The notes under the pieces: generated by a model
Database searches by the model: none
What the model saw: the letters and a program-made list of their open reading frames with translations, nothing else
What the model was told of the DNA's origin: nothing
Position numbers and translations under genes: made by a program
In this document: in pieces, positions 8,168-17,313 of the stretch
How positions within the stretch are numbered: the stretch's first letter is position 1
Layout of the letters: each line of letters begins with the position of its first letter
Virus record (IMG/VR): IMGVR_UViG_3300046003_007892
Span: 62,001-126,000 of that record
Reading direction: 5' to 3' (one strand)
DNA length: 64,000 bases

Positions 8168-8965
8168 ATGGACGGGATACGAAAATTTCTTTGCATCGTC
8201 GAATCTGCTCAGGCCCAAGCTCAGGCCCAGCCCGAGTTCCGATGCAGTTGCTGCCAGCCTCTGACCGAGTGGGCCGAAACGCTTACCAATTTGGGTCAGA
8301 CGTTTAGCGTCGGCGGCACTCAAATATCAATCGTCGGTAACGGTACGATAACCATTAACGGTCAAACCTATGGCGGGACCTCGTCTCAAGTCGGTGCACA
8401 GGAGCCATACGTCGCCAAGCCAGAAGAACGACGCGATGTAGCCGAACCAGATAAACCAGAAGAACGGCGAGATGTCGGCAATACCGAACTCATCTACTAC
8501 GAACATGTAAGCCCCCAGGTCAGAGATCAACTTGAACTCGCCGTATCCTACGCTCGCCGATGGATGGCCGCCAAAAAACTCACGTGGATTATGGACACCC
8601 AAATCATAATCAAGACAGACCCAACTTGGGGCGGCTTCTACGACGCCGATAACGATTCTCTTCGGATAACCCCCGGCTACTCAGTCAATGATCTCGTTCC
8701 TCTGATCATCCATGAGTTCGGCCATCGTTTCCATAACCGAGGCTGTCCTCGCGGCGTCTTCACCGGCATCGACACCGAAATCGCAGACAAGTACGCATAC
8801 TGTATGTCGCACGATACCTCAGTGTTCGTCAGTAACTATTCCAGAACGAACAGGAATGAGTTCTGGGCCGAGCATTTTGCCGGATGGGTCATGGGCACCA
8901 TGCCCGGAAATCGTGTGGGACCATGGATTGGCGAAATGGTAGCCAAATACAATAGAACCAACTAG
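8168..8965 (+). CDS. zinc metallopeptidase (lethal-factor-like), late
   Basis: HEFGH and YSRTNRNEFWAE; TAAATA-N4-ATG; MDGIRKFLCIVES. Confidence 0.75.
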   Translation: MDGIRKFLCIVESAQAQAQAQPEFRCSCCQPLTEWAETLTNLGQTFSVGGTQISIVGNGTITINGQTYGGTSSQVGAQEPYVAKPEERRDVAEPDKPEERRDVGNTELIYYEHVSPQVRDQLELAVSYARRWMAAKKLTWIMDTQIIIKTDPTWGGFYDADNDSLRITPGYSVNDLVPLIIHEFGHRFHNRGCPRGVFTGIDTEIADKYAYCMSHDTSVFVSNYSRTNRNEFWAEHFAGWVMGTMPGNRVGPWIGEMVAKYNRTN

Positions 8966-8970
8966 ATCGC

Positions 8971-9270
8971 ATGGCACAAATCAGATACGGCATCCCCAAC
9001 AACATCTCGGCCGACTGTCGTGTTGCCCTGCCGGTCAAGCGTCATGGTTTCGATTGGGGCCCATTCAACCTGTTTTTCATCCAGCCGATTTCGTCAGACA
9101 GGATAGCCTCGAAGGAACTCCAATCTGAGATTTTCGAATGGGTGAGGAAGTCGGTCTCGAAGACGGTCTACCACGTCCAGTATGAGAATCGTCTACGCGA
9201 CGACGAGACCTGGGAGTTCTTTTTCGCTAGTCCAGGAGACGCGTTGGCTTTCAGGATGAGATTTTCCTAG
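8971..9270 (+). CDS. hypothetical protein
   Basis: ends FFFASPGDALAFRMRFS. Confidence 0.7.
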   Translation: MAQIRYGIPNNISADCRVALPVKRHGFDWGPFNLFFIQPISSDRIASKELQSEIFEWVRKSVSKTVYHVQYENRLRDDETWEFFFASPGDALAFRMRFS

Positions 9271-9539
9271 TCGGCCCGGCCGATATAATCGGCATTCCAG
9301 CGCAACAACACCTTGGTGACCTCGGCGTCAGTAGCGACGCGAATCATTCCATAGATCGGTTTCTGATTTAGGACGGTGGGGGAATACGCAAACGCATTTC
9401 GGAGTTTGACCACGTTGTCATGCCTTTGGCTCGGGTGTTCCCAGGCGGGGTTCGTGATTCGACCTCCGCCCGAGACATTATACTGCCAGTCCGGGCAGTT
9501 CTCGTCCAGCCAGTCGTGAATATCCCGCCATTCCCACAT
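9267..9539 (-). CDS. hypothetical protein (start uncertain)
   Basis: MWEWRDIHDWLDENCPDW... Confidence 0.55.
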   Translation of the reverse strand: MWEWRDIHDWLDENCPDWQYNVSGGGRITNPAWEHPSQRHDNVVKLRNAFAYSPTVLNQKPIYGMIRVATDAEVTKVLLRWNADYIGRAD

Positions 9540-9570
9540 GGGGTGGGGGCCTACCCGAACTACAAATGGT

Positions 9571-9771
9571 CTATCGGACGGTGGCTGCGACACGCAATGC
9601 CTCAAGAGCGGTCTGGAGTTTGGCGGTCTCCTGGTCGTGCACAAGAAGGGCCCGCTGATCTTTCCAGAAGCGCGACGCCGTCTTGGCCATCTGCGCGTGC
9701 TCGACTTTACGCAGGGCGATCTTGTCCATCAGGACCCGCATCGAATCCCCAAGTATGATCGCCTCTGGCAT
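9571..9771 (-). CDS. hypothetical protein
   Basis: 66 aa, coupled. Confidence 0.6.
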   Translation of the reverse strand: MPEAIILGDSMRVLMDKIALRKVEHAQMAKTASRFWKDQRALLVHDQETAKLQTALEALRVAATVR

Positions 9772-10493
9772 CAGATGCCCCGTAGCGCGTTGGCGATCAT
9801 TTGGGCGACCTCTCGGGCGCGGGCGTCGGACCTCGCTTTATCCTCCGGCGACAAGGCGTCGTAGCGGGCCTTGTATTCGGCCATTTTCTTCTGAGAGTGG
9901 CGGCGATGCTCGTCATGAAAGAGTTCGAGGGCGTCGTCGTAGCGACCCTGCGCGACCAGAGCGGTATACTGGACGCCGACCTCCGGGAGTTCGGTGAGGA
10001 AATCGTCAGTCAAATATTTTTCGACCTGGGGAGGGACGATCTTGATCAGTTCCTCCATGGAGGTGATGAGATCAGCAATGTGCTTGGCGGCGACATTGAT
10101 CTTCGTCGGGTAGTAGAAACCCTGCTCTCCGACCGCGATGGCTTCGTTGTTGTCGTCCAACGCGATGCCCAGACCACCCGTCTCGGCGGCGGCGAAATCA
10201 TAGCTGCCGTTGGGACGAGCGGTGACGATAAGGAAGCCTCGCGCCGGGATGTTGAGCTTGCGGGCGAACGCCGTCTGCTCTTCCTGGAAACGGCTTCCTC
10301 CCTTGGATTTCAGGGTCGCGATCAGCCGTTTGGCGGTCACCATCGAGAAACCAACTCGGGCATGGTTGGTGGCCGAGCGGACCAGGATGGTGAAGTCGCC
10401 CGCCGCATCGCCGACCGTACAGACCAGCCAGCGGTCTCGGCCGAGATCGATGGAGAAGGAGACGCGGCTGTCGAAGCGTTCGAACTCAGCCAT
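9771..10493 (-). CDS. hypothetical protein
   Basis: start MAEFERF. Confidence 0.7.
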   Translation of the reverse strand: MAEFERFDSRVSFSIDLGRDRWLVCTVGDAAGDFTILVRSATNHARVGFSMVTAKRLIATLKSKGGSRFQEEQTAFARKLNIPARGFLIVTARPNGSYDFAAAETGGLGIALDDNNEAIAVGEQGFYYPTKINVAAKHIADLITSMEELIKIVPPQVEKYLTDDFLTELPEVGVQYTALVAQGRYDDALELFHDEHRRHSQKKMAEYKARYDALSPEDKARSDARAREVAQMIANALRGI

Positions 10494-10665
10494 TTTGTCC
10501 CGCCAGATATGCGCCCATTCCACGGATGGCGGCCCGCGCCTTGCGGCGATACCCATCAGAGTCATTGCAGGACTTGAGGTCGGTCAGCGGGCCCGCGAGG
10601 GTGTTGTGGCGAATGTCCTCGTTCACGAGGGCCAATGCGACGGCATCGACTAGGTTCTTGTCCAT
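10486..10665 (-). CDS. hypothetical protein
   Basis: MDKNLVDAVA..., 59 aa. Confidence 0.6.
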   Translation of the reverse strand: MDKNLVDAVALALVNEDIRHNTLAGPLTDLKSCNDSDGYRRKARAAIRGMGAYLAGQNG

Positions 10666-10666
10666 G

Positions 10667-11899
10667 TCAGTAGTCCCCCGAGGCGCCGCCGCCACCACTG
10701 CTGCCACCACCACCGTCGTAGGAAGGCGGGGAAGGCGAATAGGAGGGACCGCTGTCATAGGTGGAGCGACGGTTGTCATCGTCGCGACGGCGACGGTCGT
10801 CATCTTCCTGCTGGCGAGCACGACGGCGACGGCTTTCATCTTCGTCTCGCGCGGCCTGCTCACGACGACGCACGGCGGCTTCGGCATCGGCGACCCGCTG
10901 GGCTGCGGCGCGCTCGCGTTCCCGCTCCTGCGCGGCCTGCCGGGCTTCAGCTTCACGGCGGGCTTGATCGCGGGCCTTCTGGCGTTCGTTGGCCTCATAC
11001 TGGGCACGGGCCAGGGGCGTCATCGCGGCCAGCATGGCGGCATGGGCGGCAGCGGCCTGACGGGCTTCCTCCGCCTGCCGCTTCTCTTCGTCCTTTCGCC
11101 GTTGTTCGGCCAGCCGGGCGGTTCGAACCCGTTCGGCGGCGATGCGGACCTCTTCCTGAGCCCGCAGATCGTCTTCCTTGGCTTTCTTGATCACCAGTCG
11201 GATGATGTCCCCCATGGCGTTCACGCCCCGCTTGATGGCAGCCTTGCGGGCAGCGCGTCGGCGCGGGATGTTGGCGACCCAGAGGAGACCTTTGCCGGAG
11301 AAGAAAGTCGCGATGGCGGCCAGGACCCAGACCAGCACCGTGCCGATGAAGTCCCAGAACGCGGCGAAGGCTTGCTCATCTGCGGCCTTCTTCCTCGCCT
11401 CCATGGCGGCCAGTTCCTCCATGGTCATGCTGGTTTCGGCGATGATATCGGTGACGCCGCCGTCGATGCCCTCGGCGAAGTTCCCAGCCTTGAAGGCCGG
11501 GGTGATGGTGTTCTGAATGATCAGGGCGGAGTCGGCGTCGGTCAGCACGCCTTCCAGTCCGTAGCCGACTTCGATGCGGACCTTGCGCTCGGTCGGGGCA
11601 TGGAGGAGGAGAACGCCATCGTCGAGGTCTTTGTCCCCGAGGCCGAGTTCGCGGAAATATTCGTTCGCGTAGGTTTCGATGTCGCGACCTTCGAGCGAAG
11701 GAACGGTGGCGACGACGAGTTGGTGCCCGGTGGTTCGCTCGTATTCGAACAGGCGGGCGTTGAGTTGGGCCTCCGCCTCCGCGTCCAGAACGTTGGCCGC
11801 GTCGATCACAGGACGACCCTGGAGCGGGGGATAGCTCTGCGCTGCGGCGGCAGTGGAGAGCGTGAGAACGGCGGATGCCAGAATGAGAGCGATTTTCAT
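10667..11899 (-). CDS. TPM-domain membrane protein
   Basis: signal peptide; VIDAANVL, QLVVATVPSLEG, IEVGYGLEG; TM; coiled coil; Gly-rich tail. Confidence 0.85.
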   Translation of the reverse strand: MKIALILASAVLTLSTAAAAQSYPPLQGRPVIDAANVLDAEAEAQLNARLFEYERTTGHQLVVATVPSLEGRDIETYANEYFRELGLGDKDLDDGVLLLHAPTERKVRIEVGYGLEGVLTDADSALIIQNTITPAFKAGNFAEGIDGGVTDIIAETSMTMEELAAMEARKKAADEQAFAAFWDFIGTVLVWVLAAIATFFSGKGLLWVANIPRRRAARKAAIKRGVNAMGDIIRLVIKKAKEDDLRAQEEVRIAAERVRTARLAEQRRKDEEKRQAEEARQAAAAHAAMLAAMTPLARAQYEANERQKARDQARREAEARQAAQERERERAAAQRVADAEAAVRRREQAARDEDESRRRRARQQEDDDRRRRDDDNRRSTYDSGPSYSPSPPSYDGGGGSSGGGGASGDY

Positions 11900-11960
11900 A
11901 TCCTGCCATCTACATTAATTTGACGATCTCGTCTACCAAAATATTCGGTCTAAATACGGC

Positions 11961-12326
11961 ATGCGCACATATATCGACATCCTCATGGAATCCGCAGGCG
12001 AGCGGGAATACTTCATCCGCTTCGGGGACGTCCCTGAGTCGGGCTTCTCAACCATCCACAGCATGGGAAAATCCACGGGCAAGCAAGAAGTCGGTGTGTC
12101 GGCGTATTCAGCCTTCGAGGAGAACGGTCGCTGGTTCGTCGATGACGAAGAACTCAATCACACCTTCACCCTCGGCCACCTGATGAAAGAGGGTCGGGAT
12201 ATCTATCTGCTGACTGGCCGCCGCCTCCCCGAGAAGGGAAGCGACGGCGAGCCCCTGATAGCAGACGTAGAAATCGTCAAGAAACTACCGAAGGTATTTC
12301 AGGGGACGATGATCGACTTCCTCTAG
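11961..12326 (+). CDS. late protein with capsid-targeting-like N-terminus
   Basis: TAAATA-N4-ATG; MRTYIDILMES. Confidence 0.75.
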   Translation: MRTYIDILMESAGEREYFIRFGDVPESGFSTIHSMGKSTGKQEVGVSAYSAFEENGRWFVDDEELNHTFTLGHLMKEGRDIYLLTGRRLPEKGSDGEPLIADVEIVKKLPKVFQGTMIDFL

Positions 12327-12478
12327 TTCCCGGTCAGGGGTAGGACCAGGGTCAGGGTGTAGATCAGAGCCGCGACGAATTCGAGAATGAAACCCGTGCG
12401 GGAGAAATTTGGGCGGCTCGAAAATGCAACGAGACCGGCACCGACAGTGAAGAGAATAGCGCAGAGAAGGAGAATCAT
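12323..12478 (-). CDS. 51 aa two-TM membrane protein (not in ORF track)
   Basis: GAAAGG SD; MILLLCAILFTVGAGLVAF...FILEFVAALIYTLTLVLPLTGN. Confidence 0.6.
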   Translation of the reverse strand: MILLLCAILFTVGAGLVAFSSRPNFSRTGFILEFVAALIYTLTLVLPLTGN

Positions 12479-12535
12479 AATTGGCCTTTCAAAATGAAAG
12501 ACCAGTATGGACTTCTAGTTCAGCAATAGCGAAAT

Positions 12536-12838
12536 CTAAAGGCCTTGACCGGCCTTGAGCTTTCGGATGAGCGTGCTGAACTTTGCACAACCTCCCTTCG
12601 GCCCCGCCCGATTGAAAGCCATGAGGGATTCCAGACTATCGTAGCCCAGCATGCAACTCGTGCCCGTGCGCTCGGCTCGTTCCATCCGCTCTGGAAGCTC
12701 GTGCATTCTGGACCGGCCGTATTCCTCGGCATAGTAGGTCTCGAACGCCTCGCGGTTCATCCCGTAGGTGACCGGGGCATCCACGACGGTGGACCATTCG
12801 AAGAACATGCCTTCGTGGTGGCAGATGTAGCGAGGCAT
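12536..12838 (-). CDS. hypothetical protein
   Basis: MPRYICHHEG... Confidence 0.65.
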   Translation of the reverse strand: MPRYICHHEGMFFEWSTVVDAPVTYGMNREAFETYYAEEYGRSRMHELPERMERAERTGTSCMLGYDSLESLMAFNRAGPKGGCAKFSTLIRKLKAGQGL

Positions 12839-12866
12839 TCTGGGCTCCATTTGGTAGCCCGGAATA

Positions 12867-13418
12867 TCAGTCCTCCGTTGGCTCTGCAATGGCCAACAGA
12901 TGGGGTGTCGGGTCCATGAGGCCCTCGGGGGTCTCGGGCTCGAATTGCCAGTCAGCGGGCTCCCTAACGCCATGGCGGTAGAGTTCCAAATGCAGCATGG
13001 ACATCGGTCGCCCGCGATCTTCGAGCAAGACGGGGGTGACGTGGCCGACCACCGCGCCCTGTTCGATGGGGGCACCGACCTGGAGGCCATCGGGGATGAT
13101 CTCCCCATAGCAGACCACGCCGCTCTGGCCCTCAACCATGACCGACCACGTATTGCCCCACCACGGCGTCGGTGGCTCGGCGTGCTCGCCCGTGAACTTG
13201 TGAATGGCGACGATCACCCCATCCTCAACGCAGGTGATCGCTGTCCCCTCGGGAACGTAGAGGTCCACGCCCTGGTGGGTGTGGAAGCGTCTCCGATGCG
13301 CGAAGCAGCCGGGGTGACCAGTCAGGGGCAAGCCGGTCGCATCGTCGGGCATCTCACGGAATGATTCGCTCACCACCGTGGGGATGAGACGGTGCGGGAC
13401 AGGCGATTTCCACATCAC
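12867..13418 (-). CDS. M23 family peptidase
   Basis: HQGVDL and HLEL zinc motifs. Confidence 0.85.
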   Translation of the reverse strand: MMWKSPVPHRLIPTVVSESFREMPDDATGLPLTGHPGCFAHRRRFHTHQGVDLYVPEGTAITCVEDGVIVAIHKFTGEHAEPPTPWWGNTWSVMVEGQSGVVCYGEIIPDGLQVGAPIEQGAVVGHVTPVLLEDRGRPMSMLHLELYRHGVREPADWQFEPETPEGLMDPTPHLLAIAEPTED

Positions 13419-13654
13419 AGACCCAAAAGTGCTCGTGTTTCGTCGCCCATGTCTTCGATTTCACAACCACCATTGAAGTGATTGCACAGACCTTGATAGA
13501 CCCCGGCCAAGAAATCCTTATCGCTCATTTCGGCGACGCTGGCATAGCGGCTCTTGGTGGCAATAAGTCCACGAAGACCTTTCGACGAAAGGTGCGCGGC
13601 TCCGGCGAGTTGGCTTTGGGCCCAACTTGCTGCCGCGTCTACGGGACTGCTCAT
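13415..13654 (-). CDS. hypothetical protein
   Basis: 79 aa, coupled. Confidence 0.6.
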   Translation of the reverse strand: MSSPVDAAASWAQSQLAGAAHLSSKGLRGLIATKSRYASVAEMSDKDFLAGVYQGLCNHFNGGCEIEDMGDETRALLGL

Positions 13655-14481
13655 CAGGCGGCTTTCCTCATCGAGACGGCGAGGTCGTATTTTTGCTTGT
13701 TGGCCCAGTAGTGACCAGCGAACACCTCGGCCTCCTGACGGAAGGGGATGTTGTCCACCGTGTCCTTGGCGGCTTCACCCTCAAGCCACTCGGCGTGATC
13801 GCGGATAGCGGCGGCGGCGTCGCGGGCGGCGGCGAAGCGGAAGTCCGACATCCGCTGTTCGATCTCGCAGTAGCGGTCGGCCCACGTGATCGCGAAGACG
13901 GCGTTCTGGTCGGCGAACCGGCGAATCCACGTCTCGGTCAGGTCCATCTGCTCGACCGGCTTCGAGACCATGACGTCGCGCCGGATGGTCCGAATGGTCT
14001 CGATGGCGGCGGTGGGGTTCTTGCGCCACAGGGCCTGCATCCTGGGGTCGGTCAGGAAACGGTCGGCGTAGATGGGATGCTGGAACGAGCGCACGCGCAG
14101 TTCGGGCATTTGGAAATAGACCTGAATCTCCGACAGGACGCTGGCTTCGAGTTCGTTGCGCTGCATCTTCTCGTCGAAGGCCGCCTTGCCGATGCCGGGG
14201 ACGTAGGGCATCCGGGTGGCGTGATACATCTCGTGCAGGAGATAGAGATCGTGCACGTAGGGGTTCTCGTAGGTGCGCCGCATGACGACGTTCCACCACG
14301 TGGAGAAATGAGCGTTCTCCAAGCGGTGGTTGGTCATGTCGGCGAAAATGCGGGGGAATTGCGAGAACTCATCCACCAGAGCCTCAACGAAGGGCGAGTT
14401 CCTGAAGAGGTCCGTCTTCCACTGCGAGGCAACGTACTGCCTGACGTGCACGGGGAGGACCAGGATGGTGAGATTTTTCAT
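13654..14481 (-). CDS. hypothetical protein with HExxH-like motif
   Basis: HDLYLLHEMYH. Confidence 0.7.
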   Translation of the reverse strand: MKNLTILVLPVHVRQYVASQWKTDLFRNSPFVEALVDEFSQFPRIFADMTNHRLENAHFSTWWNVVMRRTYENPYVHDLYLLHEMYHATRMPYVPGIGKAAFDEKMQRNELEASVLSEIQVYFQMPELRVRSFQHPIYADRFLTDPRMQALWRKNPTAAIETIRTIRRDVMVSKPVEQMDLTETWIRRFADQNAVFAITWADRYCEIEQRMSDFRFAAARDAAAAIRDHAEWLEGEAAKDTVDNIPFRQEAEVFAGHYWANKQKYDLAVSMRKAA

Positions 14482-14491
14482 GCCTGAACTC

Positions 14492-14959
14492 CTAACCGGG
14501 TTTCGCTATTTTGTCAAGAAAATGATTTTGTGGCGATATTTGAACCCCATATGTTTTGGCTAAAGCCAGACAGGCGGTTTCATTTTGGTTCGCATATTTG
14601 ACCCAAAGATCAAGCAACAGCCGCGCGAAATTGGGGCCGTGCCCGTCAAATCCTTCGTCGATGAAATGATAGCCGGTATCATCTATCGAAAGAGAATGAG
14701 CAAGCTCGTGAAGGAGTAGATATTTGAGCCGGGTGCCTTTGGGTAAATGAATAGTTCGACGGCTTGCGCGAGCCGATGAACTACCTCGGCCGTCTTTAAC
14801 TACAGGGGGGTTTCCTGGTCGCGAATTAGCCCAAACTCTATCTACCAGTTGTTGACTTTCGCCCAATGAAACCGCCACTGGATTCAAAAACAACTCGTTG
14901 CTCCAAGCGTATACGGCTTGCGATTGGCCGCGATACTGCAATCTAAGAAGAGAAGCCAT
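14492..14959 (-). CDS. SprT-like metallopeptidase
   Basis: LLHELAH and DGHGPNF; start MASLL. Confidence 0.65.
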   Translation of the reverse strand: MASLLRLQYRGQSQAVYAWSNELFLNPVAVSLGESQQLVDRVWANSRPGNPPVVKDGRGSSSARASRRTIHLPKGTRLKYLLLHELAHSLSIDDTGYHFIDEGFDGHGPNFARLLLDLWVKYANQNETACLALAKTYGVQISPQNHFLDKIAKPG

Positions 14960-14961
14960 GG

Positions 14962-16470
14962 TCAAGCAAATGCTGGTTGGCTCTCCACGATCTTCTCCAG
15001 CGTGTTGAAATCGTAGAGGGTGATGTCGAGGCTGTGGTAATCGACGGTCATCTTGGCCGCCATGGCGTCCGCCATCGAGCACGCGACGGCGACGCTCGAC
15101 TGGAGCTTCACGCGGTCGAACTTGCTCCCCATGGCGTCGGTGGCTTCCTTGATGGCCGCCAAGGCTGCCTTGCCGCCGTCCGGGCTGTCTTCGAAAGTCT
15201 CGGCCTCCTCGTAGGGCTTGCCCCGGTAATCCAGACCCCGGTCGCGATTCTGGAAGAGAACGATGGCCCCATGGCCCTTGCCCTCGCCCTTCTTGTAGGC
15301 GGCGCGCACTGCCGGGCCGCAACCCTGCGTCAGCGTGCGGAGGCGCAGAAGGTCTCGATACCAGTTCTGGACGTCGAGGATTTCCTTCTCGATACCGGTG
15401 ACCTTGTCCACGACGACCATCTCCCAGGTCGCCGGAAGGTCCATTTTCTTCTTCCCGTCTGCGAAGATGTAGTTGATCTCCTCGCCCTCGTCGTTGATGC
15501 CGGAGTTGTAGCCGGTGAAGTCCCGGATGCTCGCCTTCACGGCGGAGGCATTCTTATATTTTTTCGCCGACGAGAACTTCGTCACCATCTTGGGCACGTC
15601 ACTCGTGTAGAGTTCGCCGTTGTTGGCCCACCGGGGGTCACGATGCGGCAGCATTTTCCAGCCGCCGAAATACTCGCCGGTCGCTGTATCGCGGAGAACG
15701 TAGACGAGCGTTTCCGGGATGGCCTCGGCAGTGATCGCGTCGGCGATTTGCTTGAAGGGAAGTTCGTGACCGTTGACCTTGTAGACCAACTGAGAGCCTG
15801 AGAAATCGGCACCCGACCGGTGCTCGGTGAGACCCACGGCGCACCGGTCGTAACGCTGGAACGGCACGGTGGATTTGATGGTGCTCTCGTCGTCGAACTT
15901 GACGCGCGCCACCAGCCCATCGGACAGATCGTCCGCGACCGAATAGCTGGTCCCGAACTTGTCCAGCACCGTGAACTTGGTCCCGGCCAGAAGGGTCTGG
16001 ACGACGACTTGGTGGTAATCCTTGGCGTGGTGCGACCGGCTTCCGGGGGCTTTCGGCATCCACAGCTTGATGTCCACGGTGCGATGGAAGACCCAGCGCG
16101 AGCCCGGAACCATCGTGTTGCGCTCGGCCTTGACGGTCGGCGCAGGGGCCAAGATTGAATCGGTGTCGCCGATCTCGACGACCTCCTCAACGGCCTCGAC
16201 CAGCTTCGAGAGTTCGGCCTGCCCGGTGGCCGTCACGGCGGCGGCCAGAGCGGGGTCATAGAGCCGTATGGCGGGGTTCTTGCCCCCGATTGTGATCTGC
16301 CCATCCTTGGCTTCCAGCGTGCAGACGATTTGCTTCGTCTTGGTGTTCTCGAACTCGCGCTCGATGTGCCCTGACGGTAGTGGTTTCTTGCCGCGACGCT
16401 TCCACTGCGCAGCAGTCGTGCCAGGGAAGGCGGCGATCAGGGCGTCTTTGATATTGTCGCTGCTGCTCAC
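14962..16470 (-). CDS. hypothetical protein (about 500 aa)
   Basis: GTG start by GTGA coupling. Confidence 0.75.
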   Translation of the reverse strand: MSSSDNIKDALIAAFPGTTAAQWKRRGKKPLPSGHIEREFENTKTKQIVCTLEAKDGQITIGGKNPAIRLYDPALAAAVTATGQAELSKLVEAVEEVVEIGDTDSILAPAPTVKAERNTMVPGSRWVFHRTVDIKLWMPKAPGSRSHHAKDYHQVVVQTLLAGTKFTVLDKFGTSYSVADDLSDGLVARVKFDDESTIKSTVPFQRYDRCAVGLTEHRSGADFSGSQLVYKVNGHELPFKQIADAITAEAIPETLVYVLRDTATGEYFGGWKMLPHRDPRWANNGELYTSDVPKMVTKFSSAKKYKNASAVKASIRDFTGYNSGINDEGEEINYIFADGKKKMDLPATWEMVVVDKVTGIEKEILDVQNWYRDLLRLRTLTQGCGPAVRAAYKKGEGKGHGAIVLFQNRDRGLDYRGKPYEEAETFEDSPDGGKAALAAIKEATDAMGSKFDRVKLQSSVAVACSMADAMAAKMTVDYHSLDITLYDFNTLEKIVESQPAFA

Positions 16471-16886
16471 AACGGGTCTCCGATGATCTGGGTTGGGAAT
16501 GAATCGGGTTCGTAATAGGTCCGCAGGCCGTCCTCGACGGTTTGGTATCCGGCCGCCTTGAGTTTCTCGACGGCCTCTTCGGTCGATTTGGCCACGACGA
16601 TGCCCTCGCGCTGCCGAGTCCAGTGCCCGCCGTCTTCTTCGTTGTCGTCCCACGCCCAGCAGGTTACCTCGAAGGCGAAATCGGGCTTCACCGGCTTGGA
16701 GGCGGCCTTGAGAGCCGCGAGGCGGTCTGTCATCCCGAAAGGAAACGGACCCTTGGGGAACAGGCGCCTATACACGACAGCGATGGTGGACGCGAACGCA
16801 TCTCCCTCTCTGTCGAGATAGAACCCGAACAGTGTGCAGAGGTCTATGCGGATTTGTTTTTCGGAAAGAGGCTGGCGGTCGGTCAC
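16467..16886 (-). CDS. hypothetical protein
   Basis: 139 aa, coupled. Confidence 0.65.
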   Translation of the reverse strand: MTDRQPLSEKQIRIDLCTLFGFYLDREGDAFASTIAVVYRRLFPKGPFPFGMTDRLAALKAASKPVKPDFAFEVTCWAWDDNEEDGGHWTRQREGIVVAKSTEEAVEKLKAAGYQTVEDGLRTYYEPDSFPTQIIGDPL

Positions 16887-17110
16887 ACGAACCTCACTTT
16901 GTCGGCGTCGGATTCCCGCATCGAACTCAGCACAGCGGTGCGGAATCGGAAGCGGGCAAGGTTGCAGATCAGGAACTCGGCGTTGGCGGTCATGAAGAGA
17001 ACGGCGTAGATGAGATCACGCGTCGCATACGCGGCGGCGAAAGCATAGATGAGCACACACAGAGCGGCGGTGTGGCAGAACCGGAGCCACAACGGGTACT
17101 TGACGATCAT
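16883..17110 (-). CDS. small membrane protein
   Basis: hydrophobic 75 aa. Confidence 0.6.
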   Translation of the reverse strand: MIVKYPLWLRFCHTAALCVLIYAFAAAYATRDLIYAVLFMTANAEFLICNLARFRFRTAVLSSMRESDADKVRFV

Positions 17111-17313
17111 CGGCGCCGAACCGGGCGGCTGAATGTACCGTCGTCTTCGGCGGGCGAGAAATCCCCCTCACGAGCCCGACGCCATGTCGTATCGTCGCCA
17201 TCCTGAATTTCGATCTGAAGCACCTCACGCCCGAGGCCAAACCACGTCACTCTATACCGCAGCCGCCCGGTGGCGCCCGGTGCATAGATGGTCGTTTCGT
17301 GGGTGATTTTCAT
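17107..17313 (-). CDS. hypothetical protein
   Basis: MKITHETT, ATGA coupling. Confidence 0.6.
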   Translation of the reverse strand: MKITHETTIYAPGATGRLRYRVTWFGLGREVLQIEIQDGDDTTWRRAREGDFSPAEDDGTFSRPVRRR

